From the NCBI GenBank assembly GCA_951406725.2, contig OX597832.1, positions 36,084,001-36,148,000 of the forward strand: DNA of 64,000 nucleotides, written 5' to 3'. Shown here piece by piece: positions 13,983-26,521 of the stretch; positions within the stretch are counted from its first letter, which is position 1, and each line of letters opens with the position of its first letter. Source of the stretch: Octopus vulgaris (lineage: Eukaryota). A model generated the notes under the pieces. It was not told the origin of the DNA and made no database searches. It worked only from the letters and a program-made list of their open reading frames with translations. Both the position numbers and the translations under genes were made by a program.

Positions 13983-14150
13983 GACCGCGTGAGTACCGTT
14001 GGCGATTTTTTTCCTCTGTCATCCCTTCTCTGGATCTTTCCTTCTCCTATGTTTCCGACGAAGAGCTCCGCTCGAAACGTTAAACCCTCCTTCTTTCCTT
14101 CTTTCCTGAGCGTCCAATAATACTATATTTGTTCCACGTCCTCGCTTTGT
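13983..14150 (+). mobile_element. Penelope-like terminal repeat with minimal hammerhead relic
   Basis: GTTT-CCGACGA-A-GAGC(TCC)GCTC-GAAA-CG-TT-AAAC at 14051-14085. Downstream CCTGAGCGTCCAATAATAC resembles the copies at 21.9 kb and 28.7 kb. Confidence 0.6.
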
Positions 14151-14856
14151 TATGTATATATATATATATATATATGGTCTACCAAATTTAGAATTTCAGA
14201 TAGTGGTGAAACAATATTCTATATAGTTTATATCATAAGAGACACCTGTCGAAGGCGCACTCCATGCAACTGAACTCGAAACTACGAAAGTACGACGTGA
14301 ACATAATAACCGCACTGCCATAAGAACTCTGTCTAAGAATAATATTTATTCAGAAGTTTATCTTCAGGCACTTACACACACTCACACACAAACATGCAGA
14401 TGCAGACACGCACATAGAAACACACACAGAGATACTGGTGTTATAAATTCTTATGTTAAATAAGATTTAGTAGGATAAACGCATCTTTTAGTCTCTGTTG
14501 TATAAACTCTCACTGATATCTCACTCTATATATTTGATAACTCGTTCCAGCGTCAACATGCCTTCCGACTAAAATCTTACCTAACACTTTCTCCGTCTAT
14601 ATTATAATTATATTTAGCGATGTTATTGAATCTGAAATATCTTGAATTACATTCTAAAGAAAACGTAGTCTGTGTGTATAGAAGAATTTACTTAATGATT
14701 CCATTTTCCTTTCGTGACTTGAAAACACGATTATGTAAAACAGTTTTGTTTCATCTCGTAAAATGTTGTATACATTTCCGAGTTGGAAAGTTGCAATGTT
14801 TGCAAACGTATTTTTCTTTTGATGCGTAGTTTATGTAGAATTGAAATTAAATATTT

Positions 14857-14937
<81 letters not shown>

Positions 14938-15659
14938 TTTTTGGACTTTTGTTGATATCATTGGTCGACTATAAAGCTGTTCGTTATTTCAATGTTAGAT
15001 TGGCTGAGACAATAACTGTTTCTTAATCAGTCGTCCTTTGTTAACGCAGGATTACCTGTCTTGGTGTTACACAATCTGTTCGCTTTTAAAATATTTTCTA
15101 TGGCTGGGTTTTTAGTATTTGAGGGAAATAATAGCCAATATTACTAGAGATGTACTGTGTCTGCGAAACAATATGTTGAATACTATTATAAAACAAGCTT
15201 AGAAATTGTTCAATAAATATATGTCTGCTTTAAATCAGTATACTGTTATGTTTTGATTTCCTGTATTCAGTTGGAAGAGGAGAGCTGTCCATGACCCACG
15301 AGGCTCACGCTGCTTAAACAGGTTAAAGTAAGAAGAGAAGATTTTTATGAGAGAGTTGTGACACGGGGAGAGTTTGCAAATATTTAATGCATGTCTGTGG
15401 ATGAGATAGAGTTGGGAGAATGGGTAAGAGAGAAGAGTTTTAAGCACCAAGTGGTAACACTTGTGTGTACCAAAGAAGCAAAAGTAAGTGTAACAATGGC
15501 AGAAAATGCTTTAATAATAACTAAACTTATTGGTCTGTGGACTTTTGGCAAGTATGTATGAAACACAGTCTTCAGAAAGTCTAACATTCCAAAAGTTAGC
15601 TTTCATATGCGCTGTTAAGTAAATGTCATTAAACTCTTTGATAAAGTCGTTGAATGACA

Positions 15660-16210
15660 TTTCTCATGGCATCAACAGACAAAATGGAAAAGTCATCACA
15701 GCGTGTGGCATCCCGGATGAGGGGCCTACCGCCATGAAACATGAAAATTGTCATACCGTCCAGCCTTTTTGCCATTCCCTCGGCCTAGCACCGCTGGCTC
15801 GAGTAGGAAAGGAAGGCCTGCGGTGTCTAGGCCCTGCTTTATGATCTTGTTAAAGGTGGCATGGCGTGGAAAGCGGCCAGCACTATGATGGCAGGGCGGT
15901 GGAGGGAAGCAAAACTCCACTGTGGATCTGTAGTGGCATTCACAAGGCTCGCCGATCTGGAGACAAAGCCTCAGGGAAACGCCAATGCGCAGGCAATCGC
16001 TATGAAGCTGATTGCCAGTTGCGAGTGATGGCATCGCATGTGAAGCTCGGAGGCTGAGCGGAAACATGCCAGGCAGTGCTTGTCAAGTCGGCACACTAGC
16101 TCGTCCGCGGTCATGCTACACTGGTGAGCATCCACTTTCTTTTGAGAGGACCGGACATCCACAGAGGGGAGAAGGGAATGGACATCAACTTGGCGCAATC
16201 GTTTCCCTAA
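15660..16210 (-). mobile_element. CRE-clade non-LTR retrotransposon fragment (zinc knuckle plus restriction-like endonuclease)
   Basis: LRIGVSLRL..EPCECH..CHHSAGRFPRHATFNKIIKQGLDTAGLPFLLEPAVLGRGNGK/RLDGMTIFMFHGGRPLIRDAT matches the RH..N..I...EP.GL.R.DGKRPDG.T..P...G..L.WDAT motif; frameshifted. Confidence 0.85.
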
Positions 16211-18859
16211 TATAAAACACCGAGAATTCGCGAATACAATGAACGGTGCTATTGAAGTGTTGCTTTATAGAAATATTCCTGTTTTACTTGAACTACGAGG
16301 CATTATTTCCCGCAATCGAACAACCCCTAATCATCCGACCCCTCCCCTACACACACACACGCATGCACAATAATTTCCTGTTCTCCCTTGATATAAATCG
16401 TTTGGCATTTCGATCCCAGTTCAACTGAATTACACAAATATTTCCAATCAATCAGGACAGGTAATCGAATAGCAGATCAATAAATGAAAATAATGCCCCA
16501 AACTACATCGAAAAAAAAAAGGACTTCTTTATTCAATTATTCGTCTGCTTCACACAAAGTAAGATAAGAAATATAAACAATAATGCATCCAAGGAGTTTT
16601 GTGGATTTAGAAATAAAATGAAGAGAAAAAAAGACAGCAAAAACCAAAAATCTCCACTTAACGCCATCGTTTCGTCCATGTAAACTATTATAAAATATCG
16701 GTCAATCAAAGAAAATTTCCATTCTGGCACGTCCAGTAAAACAGGATCTTTTTCTTCTCAAGTTTCCTCTTGTGGTGTGACATTAAAACCTAATTGCCCA
16801 TCTAACATTTAGATTTTTATAGACTCATTGATTTAGAACAACACGCTGTAACAGATGTCAACATCCAACACTATTTCTTTTCTTCTTCTTTCTCGTGTTT
16901 CTTTTATTATTTCTTTTCAATTCTCGTTCCTTTATTTTCTTTCATTACTCCGGATCTTCCTCTTTGTTTATTTCTTTTTCTTTCTTTTCATTTCTTTCTT
17001 ATTTATTTCGTTGTTATATTCGCCGATGAAGCATTCCGTTGAGTCAATACTGAGATTTAAACACCAGTTTTCTATGTTAGCAGATACCATTAACAAAAGC
17101 CTTTCTCCACCGACACACCGCTGATCGTGCCGTTCTCGATAATTTTATAGCTATTTCAAGTTAGCTGGCAAAGCAGACGATCGTCCATTCAAACTGAATC
17201 TGATCGACACAGACGTGGCTTTTGATACTGAAAAGAGCAATAGTCTAAATGGTGTTCACACAGCCTAGTTAAACAACAGCAAGTACACTTAACGCAATCT
17301 GGATAAAAAAATTTAACGAGCAAGGTTCGGTTTTAGCCTCTGTACTCAACTATTTTACGGCCATTTTTATATGGTATTTTCATATCAGAAATAGCAAAAC
17401 TGATATTTGCTCAAAATTATAAGACACAGCTGTTTATGAAAGGTTATTGCATAGATGTAACTCAAAGATCATTTGATCGCCGACTCATCTCGGCACAAGA
17501 AAAAACAGTTGGGAGTGTTAAACAGCCTCGTCTACAGACTTATAAAAATCAAATGCAAGAAAAATTTACGTAGTAGTATTATTTACAACAAACAAATATA
17601 TATATATGAATTAGTGCTTGTTATATTTCTGATTGACTTTCTGATTTATAATCTATTGGTGTATGTGTGTGTGCGCGCGCGCGTAAATATATGTGTACCG
17701 GTGCTTATATAATTGTAGCTGCTACACACTCTCCAGGTACATGCTATAATGATAAATTTGCTAATTAGCTAGTATTTCTTGTGCACCAAGCAATGTCTAT
17801 AATTATATGCATTAATAACAGTATAAGCGTTTGTTTAGTGGAACAAACTGCCTTTCTGTTGTTCTGGGTAGATTTGGAGATAGAAATACAAGTCGTATAC
17901 AGGGAAGATAGTGTGCTAAGGATGGAGGGTGAGTAAAAGAGGCGGTGAATGACAGAGGGGGGGGGTGAGACACTGAAGAAGAGACGAGAGAGAAATTGAA
18001 ATGGTACATGAAGCAGGAATGAATCAGAAAATGTTTAGATTGAATGCTCCATAATTATTGATGCCTTTGATATTTTCAACATATTTTTCTAATACTTTCT
18101 TGTTCATATTTTCCTGTTTATTTCCTTTATATTTTTCTTATATTTTCCCAAGAAATATAAACCTTACCTTTGCAATTGTAATGTTATTATAATTTTACTT
18201 TTACGTAGTTGCCATTTGGTCTCATTCAAGCAAACGAAATCTGTCATAGAAAGGTTTGCAAGACGTGTGCAAACATACCAACATGCAAGTATAAATGTGA
18301 AAGGTGCTGCAAGGACTTTATACAACATATGTATATCGGTGTGCGTGTGTATGCATGAAAAAACATATATAATTAATCAAAGGACATACTAAGTATGTCT
18401 ACCTGCTGGAAATAACAGTCAAAACTCTTATTTAAATCGCCAAAATACACTGATAATAACTACAGAAACCAACCGTCCGAAGACAAACAGGCTAAGACAT
18501 CTCTAAGCATATTAACATTGAAGCATTAACATTATCTTTAATTCATATTTATATATAAATATAGCTTCACGTAGACCTAAATATATCTCAAAATTCTTAT
18601 CTAATCAGAATTATTACTGGATTTGTATACTGACCGTTGAAAACCTATTTTGAATAATTAACTCTGAGCAAACCGGTAAACGTTTGGAGAAATCCCTTAT
18701 TAATTACCAACATATACATACATACATACATACATACATACATACATACATACATACATACATACATACATACATACGTGTGTGTGTATGTGTCCCCGAT
18801 TGGTGCAAAATTAATGGCTGAGTTTTTAGAAAACAGTTTTAGATAATATTTTTTTAAAA

Positions 18860-19472
18860 TTTCAATGGCTGTTATCGGCTTTTCACTGAATCCTGCATCC
18901 GCTGCTGAGAGCCGTGGTAAGGCGTTCATGTACGAACTAAAGTCCACTACCGTCCTCAACTCATCCCTCTGCCTCCAAAAAGCCGCGCGAAATGCTGCTG
19001 CACACATCTGCTCAGGACCAAGTGGCACGCGCCCGTCCCGATCCGTCAAAGCCTCTGATCTTGGTTACGTTCCCACGTCGTGTCTCCACCGTTCGGGCCC
19101 ATTGAACGGTTTTAGTTCTTTCGTGTTTGAGTGCACGGGTTATAGCTCTGAAAATGCAACCGTTGTGTTTCGCTTCGAAAAATTGGTCAATGGCCATTCT
19201 GGCCTAAGCACGAGCATCAGAACAACTGCGTCTGTCTAACTAAACCAACACCAGCGCGTGTCTTCTAGTCAGCCAACTAGTTCATCTTCTAATCTATTCC
19301 TTTCTATTGCTAACTTTTCGCTAAATCTACTCTAATCTCCCTCTTCAGGGCAATCCACCACCGGTTGTTGACAACTGCCCCTCTGAACTGCCGCTTAACT
19401 AGTTCACTAATCTTGTCCTTATAGTCTTTGTGCGCCAGAAAGGACCCATTCAACTTCCAGTAACCGGGTCCC
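18860..19472 (-). mobile_element. L1/Tx1-clade LINE ORF2 fragment (endonuclease-RT linker)
   Basis: GPGYWKLNGSFL...NRWWIALKREIR, and further on LPRLSAADAGFSEKPITAIEI; contains stops and frameshifts. Confidence 0.85.
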
Positions 19473-19478
<6 letters not shown>

Positions 19479-19532
<54 letters not shown>

Positions 19533-19609
19533 GTAATGATGATGGTATTGATTGGGATGATGGTGGTGATGATGATGATGAAGATTACGATGAGGATGAT
19601 GATAATTCC

Positions 19610-19665
<56 letters not shown>
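19479..19665. repeat. (AAT)n/(GAT)n array
   Basis: Seen directly. Confidence 0.95.
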
Positions 19666-19666
<1 letters not shown>

Positions 19667-21667
19667 TGACCCAATATGGCTAATAATTATAAAAGTCGTC
19701 TGCAATATTGAACAATATTGATTGAATTTTACGATATGTACCAATGGCGGAAATTATATAACCGAGTGTGATACATATCAGCAACTTATCTAGACTTACA
19801 CACGCATGCACACACACACGCACGCACATGTACACATGTACACACACACACACACATGTACACACACATGTACACATGCACGCACAATAATTATTGGTCT
19901 TATATTGCAACATATATAAAATAATCGGTAATATTTAACAATTGAAAAACATGCGATTACACACACACACACTACGCACACATACCACACACATACCACA
20001 CACATACCATACACACATACACATACATTTATACATTCACACACATATATGCACACACGAACACAGTTATCTGTAGTGTTGAGTTTGGTTGTCTTCGGCT
20101 TAGCGTCCATATTGCTTTTCTTCTTGTTCGTTATTCTAGTTCCATTGTTTTCGTATAGATGGCGAGTAATACATGTTGGTGTTGTTTCTGTTACTCCCAG
20201 TGTTATTGTTGTTGCTATTATTGTTAGTCTTGGTTTTTCTAATGCTGTATTGTTGGTATAGGCCTTTGATGATAATATTGTAAATGTGGTATTTTCGTTG
20301 TATTTGATATTGACGTTGGTGCAGTGGTTATATTTATTGGTGTTAGTGTGGGTGTTAATGCAGTAATTGTGTTGGGTGGTGGTGTTAATGTATCGGTGGT
20401 GGTGGTGGTGGTGTCTTGGTTGCGTTGGTGTAGGCGCAGTGCTGCTGTTGGTTTAGTTCGACAGACGCAGTTGTCTTGATGCTCGTGTTTGTGGTGGTGG
20501 TGCAGTTGGTGTGCGGTGCAATGGTTTTGGTGGTGTTCATGGTATGGTTTGTGTTGATGGTGTTGCTGAAAAATGGTGTTCACAAAGGCTCGTAGTGATA
20601 ATGAAGTCGGCGTTCGTATACTTTGTGATAGTGACAGCGAAAGTGGCGGCGAAAGGGAAATGTTGTTGGCTACGATGGTCGTGGTGGTGATGGCAGTCGC
20701 CACGGTGGTGGTCATAGTGGTCGTCGTCGTCGTCGTGTTGGAATTGCTAGCAGCAGCAGCAGCAGCAGTAGTAATAGTAGTAGTAGTAGTAGTAGTGTTG
20801 AAAATAGTAATGTTGTTGTTATGTGGTTTTATGTTCTCTTTTCTGCTGTTGTATCGTCGGTTTGGCTCAGTTCCATACACAGAGTTCTACTGAACTTGGA
20901 ATATCATGGGGATAGCTCTTTGTTACAAGACATTAGACATGTCTTTTCCGCAACGATAGTCTCTTGACATAGTTCTGGAACTAATGTGATTGCTGTAGTT
21001 GTTGATCGAATTGTCGTAAAGAACTACTGCGGGTAGAATCGCAGAATATTGTAAACGGGTAGAGAGATGTAGAGTTTACCCCAGAAATGAATATTTCGGG
21101 CTGAATTGTAATATAGAAGATAGTTGCCTCGTTAAAGATGTGTGATAGAGTAAAGAAGAGAAAGGTGAAGTCGGAGAATGGTGGAAAGACATTTCAGTAA
21201 AGCTGCGCTGTTTGTAGCGGCAAAATCCAAGATATTTACACGCAATTTCTAATCTAGTTCCGTATTTCTGTCAAATAAGAAATGATATAAGCCGCAAAGT
21301 CAATTCAAAATGACTGACTGTACATTCTAGGTTATAGGAACATTCCATTAACACACCACACATCATACGTATTAATTAATTTTATGTAAGAGCATATTTC
21401 TAATGTTGATATAAAATTGTTTTGCTGTTATAACCTAAAGAGGACGGACGCAATTATGAAATGGGCATGTTTTCTCAAGAGAGGAAACCAGGAATATATT
21501 CTTATATTGAATTTAATAATTCGTATGTCGTATGATGTGTTAACGTAATTTACCTTCTACAAGAATTGCCAACCAATTCTACACAATCAGTTGATTTATT
21601 CTGAATATTGATTCATATGTGAGACTGTTTGCGTATGTATGCATTCATACATACATACATGTGTGCG

Positions 21668-21747
<80 letters not shown>

Positions 21748-21802
21748 TGTATGTACGTACGTGCATATAGATATGCCCATACAAGTATGCAGATACATAC
21801 AC

Positions 21803-21834
<32 letters not shown>

Positions 21835-21841
<7 letters not shown>

Positions 21842-22010
21842 CTATGACTGACCGCTAACTCCAAGAGATTTTTAAATTCTCTCTCTGTTTATTTCCTCGT
21901 CTACCTTTCTGTTGAAGAGCGTAGGCTCGAAACGTAACAGACTTTCTCCCCTTCCCGAGCGTCAAACTAATACACCTGTCTTCGTCTTTAGTTTTTCTAT
22001 AAATTTTATA
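21835..22010 (+). mobile_element. Penelope-like terminal repeat with hammerhead-like motif
   Basis: CTTT-CTGTTGA-A-GAGC(GTAG)GCTC-GAAA-CG-TA-ACAG at 21905-21940. Same family as 28645-28835. Confidence 0.6.
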
Positions 22011-22174
22011 CATACATACAAACATACATACATACATACATACATACATACATACATACATACATACATACATACATACGTACATATATACGCACATGCA
22101 AACACACATACATACATATATACATACATACACTTATATATATATACGCATGCATATATATGTGTGTGTGTGCG

Positions 22175-22212
<38 letters not shown>

Positions 22213-23309
22213 ATCTTTAATCTTTTACTCGTTTCGGTTATTAAACTGCTGCCATTTCTACGCTGGTCATTCCGTGACAGTGGCCGCAGTTCATGGTTTG
22301 TCCGTTTTTGCTGTTTTCTCCTCCTTTGAACTTCATCCGTCTGTGCACCCTCTTTTTATCAATAATGCCATCTCTGTAAACAACCTGTCGCCTTCGGACA
22401 GCCTGCACCCCCACCTTTGTCTAAAATTCAACGACAGCATATTGTGTCTGTTTGGAACCTATTATTTGCTTGCAGTAAAGAACAGTTAGAAGAATTATAA
22501 TAGGGAAGAGCTCCTCTACAAACATAAACAGTTTGAACAACCTATCAAGAAGTTGTACCTTCATTTGCGTTACTTTCGGTATAGCACATAAGTAAACGCA
22601 ACGTGTATTTTGTCTTTACAAGCATTACGGTAAGAAGAAAGTCTGAGTTTGCTATTGGAAAGCATTCTCTACAATGAGTAAAACTGCTGGCGTTTTTAGT
22701 GGTGTGAATCTACTTTATACACTTTCTTAACCACAACTATTTCTAAAAGTCTGTGTGTAGTTCTGACAAAACGATAGTGTACTGGACGTTGCTTGCATTG
22801 CAAGCACAGCAAAAACGGTAAAGAAGGAAACACAATGAAGCAAAGCAGAATGATAGCAGTGGGGCTGAGGTGTTGACAGAATCGAAGGTTTGGGAGGAGA
22901 TGGAGACGACAATATAAAGCCGGCTTGTTCCTGTATGTATGTGTCTGTGTATGGTATGTCCAATGCCATTTCTTCCGATACAACACGCACAAAATAACCG
23001 CAAACAACAAATAACACTTAGATTTTGGTCGCCTCTCTCTCTCTGTGGATTTGAGAGTTTGTCTGCGTTTGTCTATGTGTGTTGATGTCTTTAACAAAAT
23101 AGTAATAATAGTGGGGATGTATTCATATATACGTATACCTACGCGTATACATTGATATGAACATATAACAATATATATATATGTGTGTGTGGTTGGGAAA
23201 TTAACGGATCTCTTCAGTTTGACTACCAATTTTCGAAAATTCGTGCTATTAAGTTAGAAATGGCCTGGGCCAATACTGGCCAAAACCTTTCTAAGTTATT
23301 CTAAGTTAT

Positions 23310-23357
<48 letters not shown>

Positions 23358-23749
23358 CTTCGTTACAATATCATAAATCAGGAAACGAGCATACCCTATA
23401 AAATATACAAGCACACACTCACTTACACGGACGCGAACACACACACATACGTTTTAGAATAAACTAAACTACGCATTTACTTTAAAGTTTGGTGAGTTCC
23501 ATAACAAAAGAACCCGTATTTCTTTGTCTTTTCGGCTTGTCTCCACCTAACCACAGCCTCCTAATGACTCAGTGATTCAGTCTGTTGATTGTCCCATAAA
23601 ATTGCAACATCAACTAAACTTAATGAGCTTTATAGACGTGACAACAATCTTCGCTTCGCTGACTTTCACAATAAATCTGTCATTACCACTTTATCATTCT
23701 ACTATTGACTTCCATTGTAACACAGATACACGCACACCCGCATACATAC

Positions 23750-23780
<31 letters not shown>

Positions 23781-23859
23781 CATACATACATACATACACA
23801 CACACATACATACATACATACATACATATCTTTTTATCCTTTGTGTATTACTTGTCGTT

Positions 23860-24130
23860 GGCCTTTAAGGGATTTAGTCGAACAAATCGACCGATATTTT
23901 TAGAGTACTTATTTTTTTTAAAGCCTGATCCTTATTCTATCGATCATATTTGTCGAACCGCTAGTTTGTCAAGCGATAGTGAAGAACAGTCAAAAACACC
24001 AAGACATACACATATAAATATTTTCAGTCTCTGTCTTTTAAATCTACTCACAAATCTTTGGTCGGCCGAAGCTATAGTAGCCCGAGGTACCACGCAGAAA
24101 GGCTGAACCCAGAACCATGTGGCTGGGAAG
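23860..24130 (-). mobile_element. SINE family A, degenerate, head cut by an adjacent element
   Basis: CTTATTCTATCGATC..ACTCACAAATCTTTGGTCGGCC..GCTATAGTAG..TGAACCCAGAACCATGTGGCTGGGAAG. Confidence 0.8.
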
Positions 24131-24134
24131 TTAA

Positions 24135-24560
24135 GGGATCTTTTCAGTTTGACTGCCAATTTTTGAAAATTCAAAATTTATTGAAAATTTTAAAATTTGG
24201 TTCATTAATGTAGTTTTTCAAGCTGAATTTCCAGAGAATTTTTTCTTTAATGTTAAAGAGGTTTAAAGTTTGATAAATTTTACCCAGACAGAGAACAGGA
24301 TTTGGAAACTGCCATTTTGTGCGTGACTGGACATTTTATCAACATCCTGAAAATAGCATGTGTCTTTATATGAAACTGTAAATAAATGAATTACGCTCGA
24401 CATATTTTGGAATTTTCAGGAAATACGAAATTGTATTCTACACTCGGAAATTCATACGATTATGCAAAAATAAAAAAAAACGTCCAAAATACATTCTGGT
24501 AATTTTTCGAACAAATCACAATTTTCATATTTCCTGCGCCACATAAATTCACAGAATTGG
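24135..24560. mobile_element. probable DNA-transposon end at TTAA (Kolobok-like terminus), unclassified
   Basis: TTAA|GGGATCTTTTCAGTTTGACTGCC cuts the SINE head abruptly and is followed by AT-rich subterminal-like sequence. No second end was found. Confidence 0.35.
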
Positions 24561-24604
24561 CACAAACAGCAGAACACAGCGTCAACACGTGGTTTCGCGT
24601 AGAC

Positions 24605-25934
24605 TAATATTTGTAAATACATGCTGTTGATGAGTCAAGCAATGATTGCAAAGTCTATCATGATCGACCATTTCTTTGAATAGAGTAATAAACCCATTAT
24701 TTTTACCAGTTAATGCAGGAGCACCATCAGTTGTAATCCAATCAATTTTATTTTTGTCAACATTGAACTTTTCTAATAATAAATTAACATACTCAATTAT
24801 GTCCGGTTGTTGTACCCTTCATATGACACACGTCCAACATTTCTTCAATGATGTTAAAATTGACATCAATTCCGCTGATGAAAACAACCAATTGTGCAGC
24901 GTCACTTTCATCAGTATCTTCGTCCAGTGCTAAACTGTAATGGACATATTTAGATAACTGAGTCTGCAATGTACCCACAATGCTGTCAGCTAAGTCACCA
25001 ATTCTTCTACCAATTGTGTGATGCTAACAGATTTGTTTCATTGAATAAGTTCACTTTCCCGGAACAATATTCATTAAAAGCAATTTCAATACATTCTTTT
25101 ATTAATTCGCCATCTATCAGTGGCTTTTTTGTACATATACCAGTTTTCCCAACATGTTTTTAAATTGTTTTGTCGTGAACTAAGCTTCTTCAATTCATCT
25201 ATTTTCATTTTCCTTCTAACTTGGCAGCATAGTGACGCTTAATACTATATTCCTTGCATACAGCAATTTTATCATTACATATGAGGCAGATAATATTATT
25301 GCATTCTTCAATTACGAAATATTTTTTCTGTCCATAGGCTATTGAATTTTCTCTTTTCTTCTGTTATTTTTCTCTTCTTAGTGCCAGATGCCATGACTAA
25401 ACAATAGGCTATTAACAATTAACAATTAAAATTGTTACGTGATCTTGCTGATATTAATGTTCCAGAAATCAGAAACAAATGAAGAATGAATAGGCTCTTC
25501 CGCATAAAGCGTTAGCATTGGGCTTAGCGTTGACTAGAAACAGTGAAGCACCACCGAAGTCACTAACACTTGACATTGTAAACAAGGTTAGACAAAAACA
25601 TTATCAATATTGATCCAACATCAAAAAATTTGAAACTGAAACAATGGCTGTTGATTATGCATCAACAAAATGGCTGACTCTACGACGTAGAGTCTGCCAT
25701 TCTACGTCATAAACCCCGTGACCTCCCTTGTTTTACCTCCCTCTATTCAGGTTTTCATTGGTCCGTTCAAAATAGCACACTCCGAGAATAATTTTCTCAT
25801 CATACATTATCTAAGTAAATGAAAATAAAACTAGAAAATAACACATAGAATTAGAATTTGAATCGCTAGCGGGCCGCATGAAAATATTAAATGGGCCGTA
25901 ATGCGGCCCGTAGGCCGCGGGTTGCACATCCCTG
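24605..25934 (-). mobile_element. hAT Buster/SPIN-like (GTF2IRD2/EPM2AIP1-type) transposon, 5' half, pseudogenised
   Basis: TIR CAGGGATGTGCAACCCGCGGCC ends at 25934. From the ATG at 25394: MASGTKKRKITEEKRKFNSLWTEKYF..CLICNDKIAVCKEYSIKRHY; YSLALDEDTDESDAAQL; TTDGAPALTGKNNG; HCLTHQQH. Confidence 0.92.
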
Positions 25935-26252
25935 GCCTAGAGTATGCCGTGTGATCAACACAACGTGCGCTTTGGACCAGCTCCTCGGCGCTAAATACTC
26001 GTAGGAGTGGTCTTCTCTGTGTGCACGATCTGAATATTTCACAGGATCTACTTCAGTACCCAGTATATTTATTCGACTAAAGGTTGTGATTACAGGTTAA
26101 TTCAATCCAACCTGGTGCATATCATTTAAGTACCCGATTCTTTCCAGAATCCTTAATATTATACACACACAATTAATGTAAACACCAGGCTGCAATATTT
26201 CACCAAAAAGGAGACTTATAATTGTCACTAAATGTGACTAGGGTGTTAGGAA

Positions 26253-26521
26253 ACACCCACATTGCTAGAAATAAGAGCTAAAATGCTCTAAATCTGTATT
26301 TAGCGTCATGAATGAAAACACAGACTAACGGGGAAATAACCGAACACCAAGATGGCTTAACTGATGATGGCAACGGAAATTTCCGAAACTGATGTGTCCG
26401 TCTTAAGAATTCTCGGTCGGTATTTTTCGGACAATTATGCTCCCTGTCTGTGTGTATGTTTTCATTCATGTGCGTTAACAACAGCGTTAGAGGACTTTAG
26501 CTCTTGCTTCTAGCAATGTAA

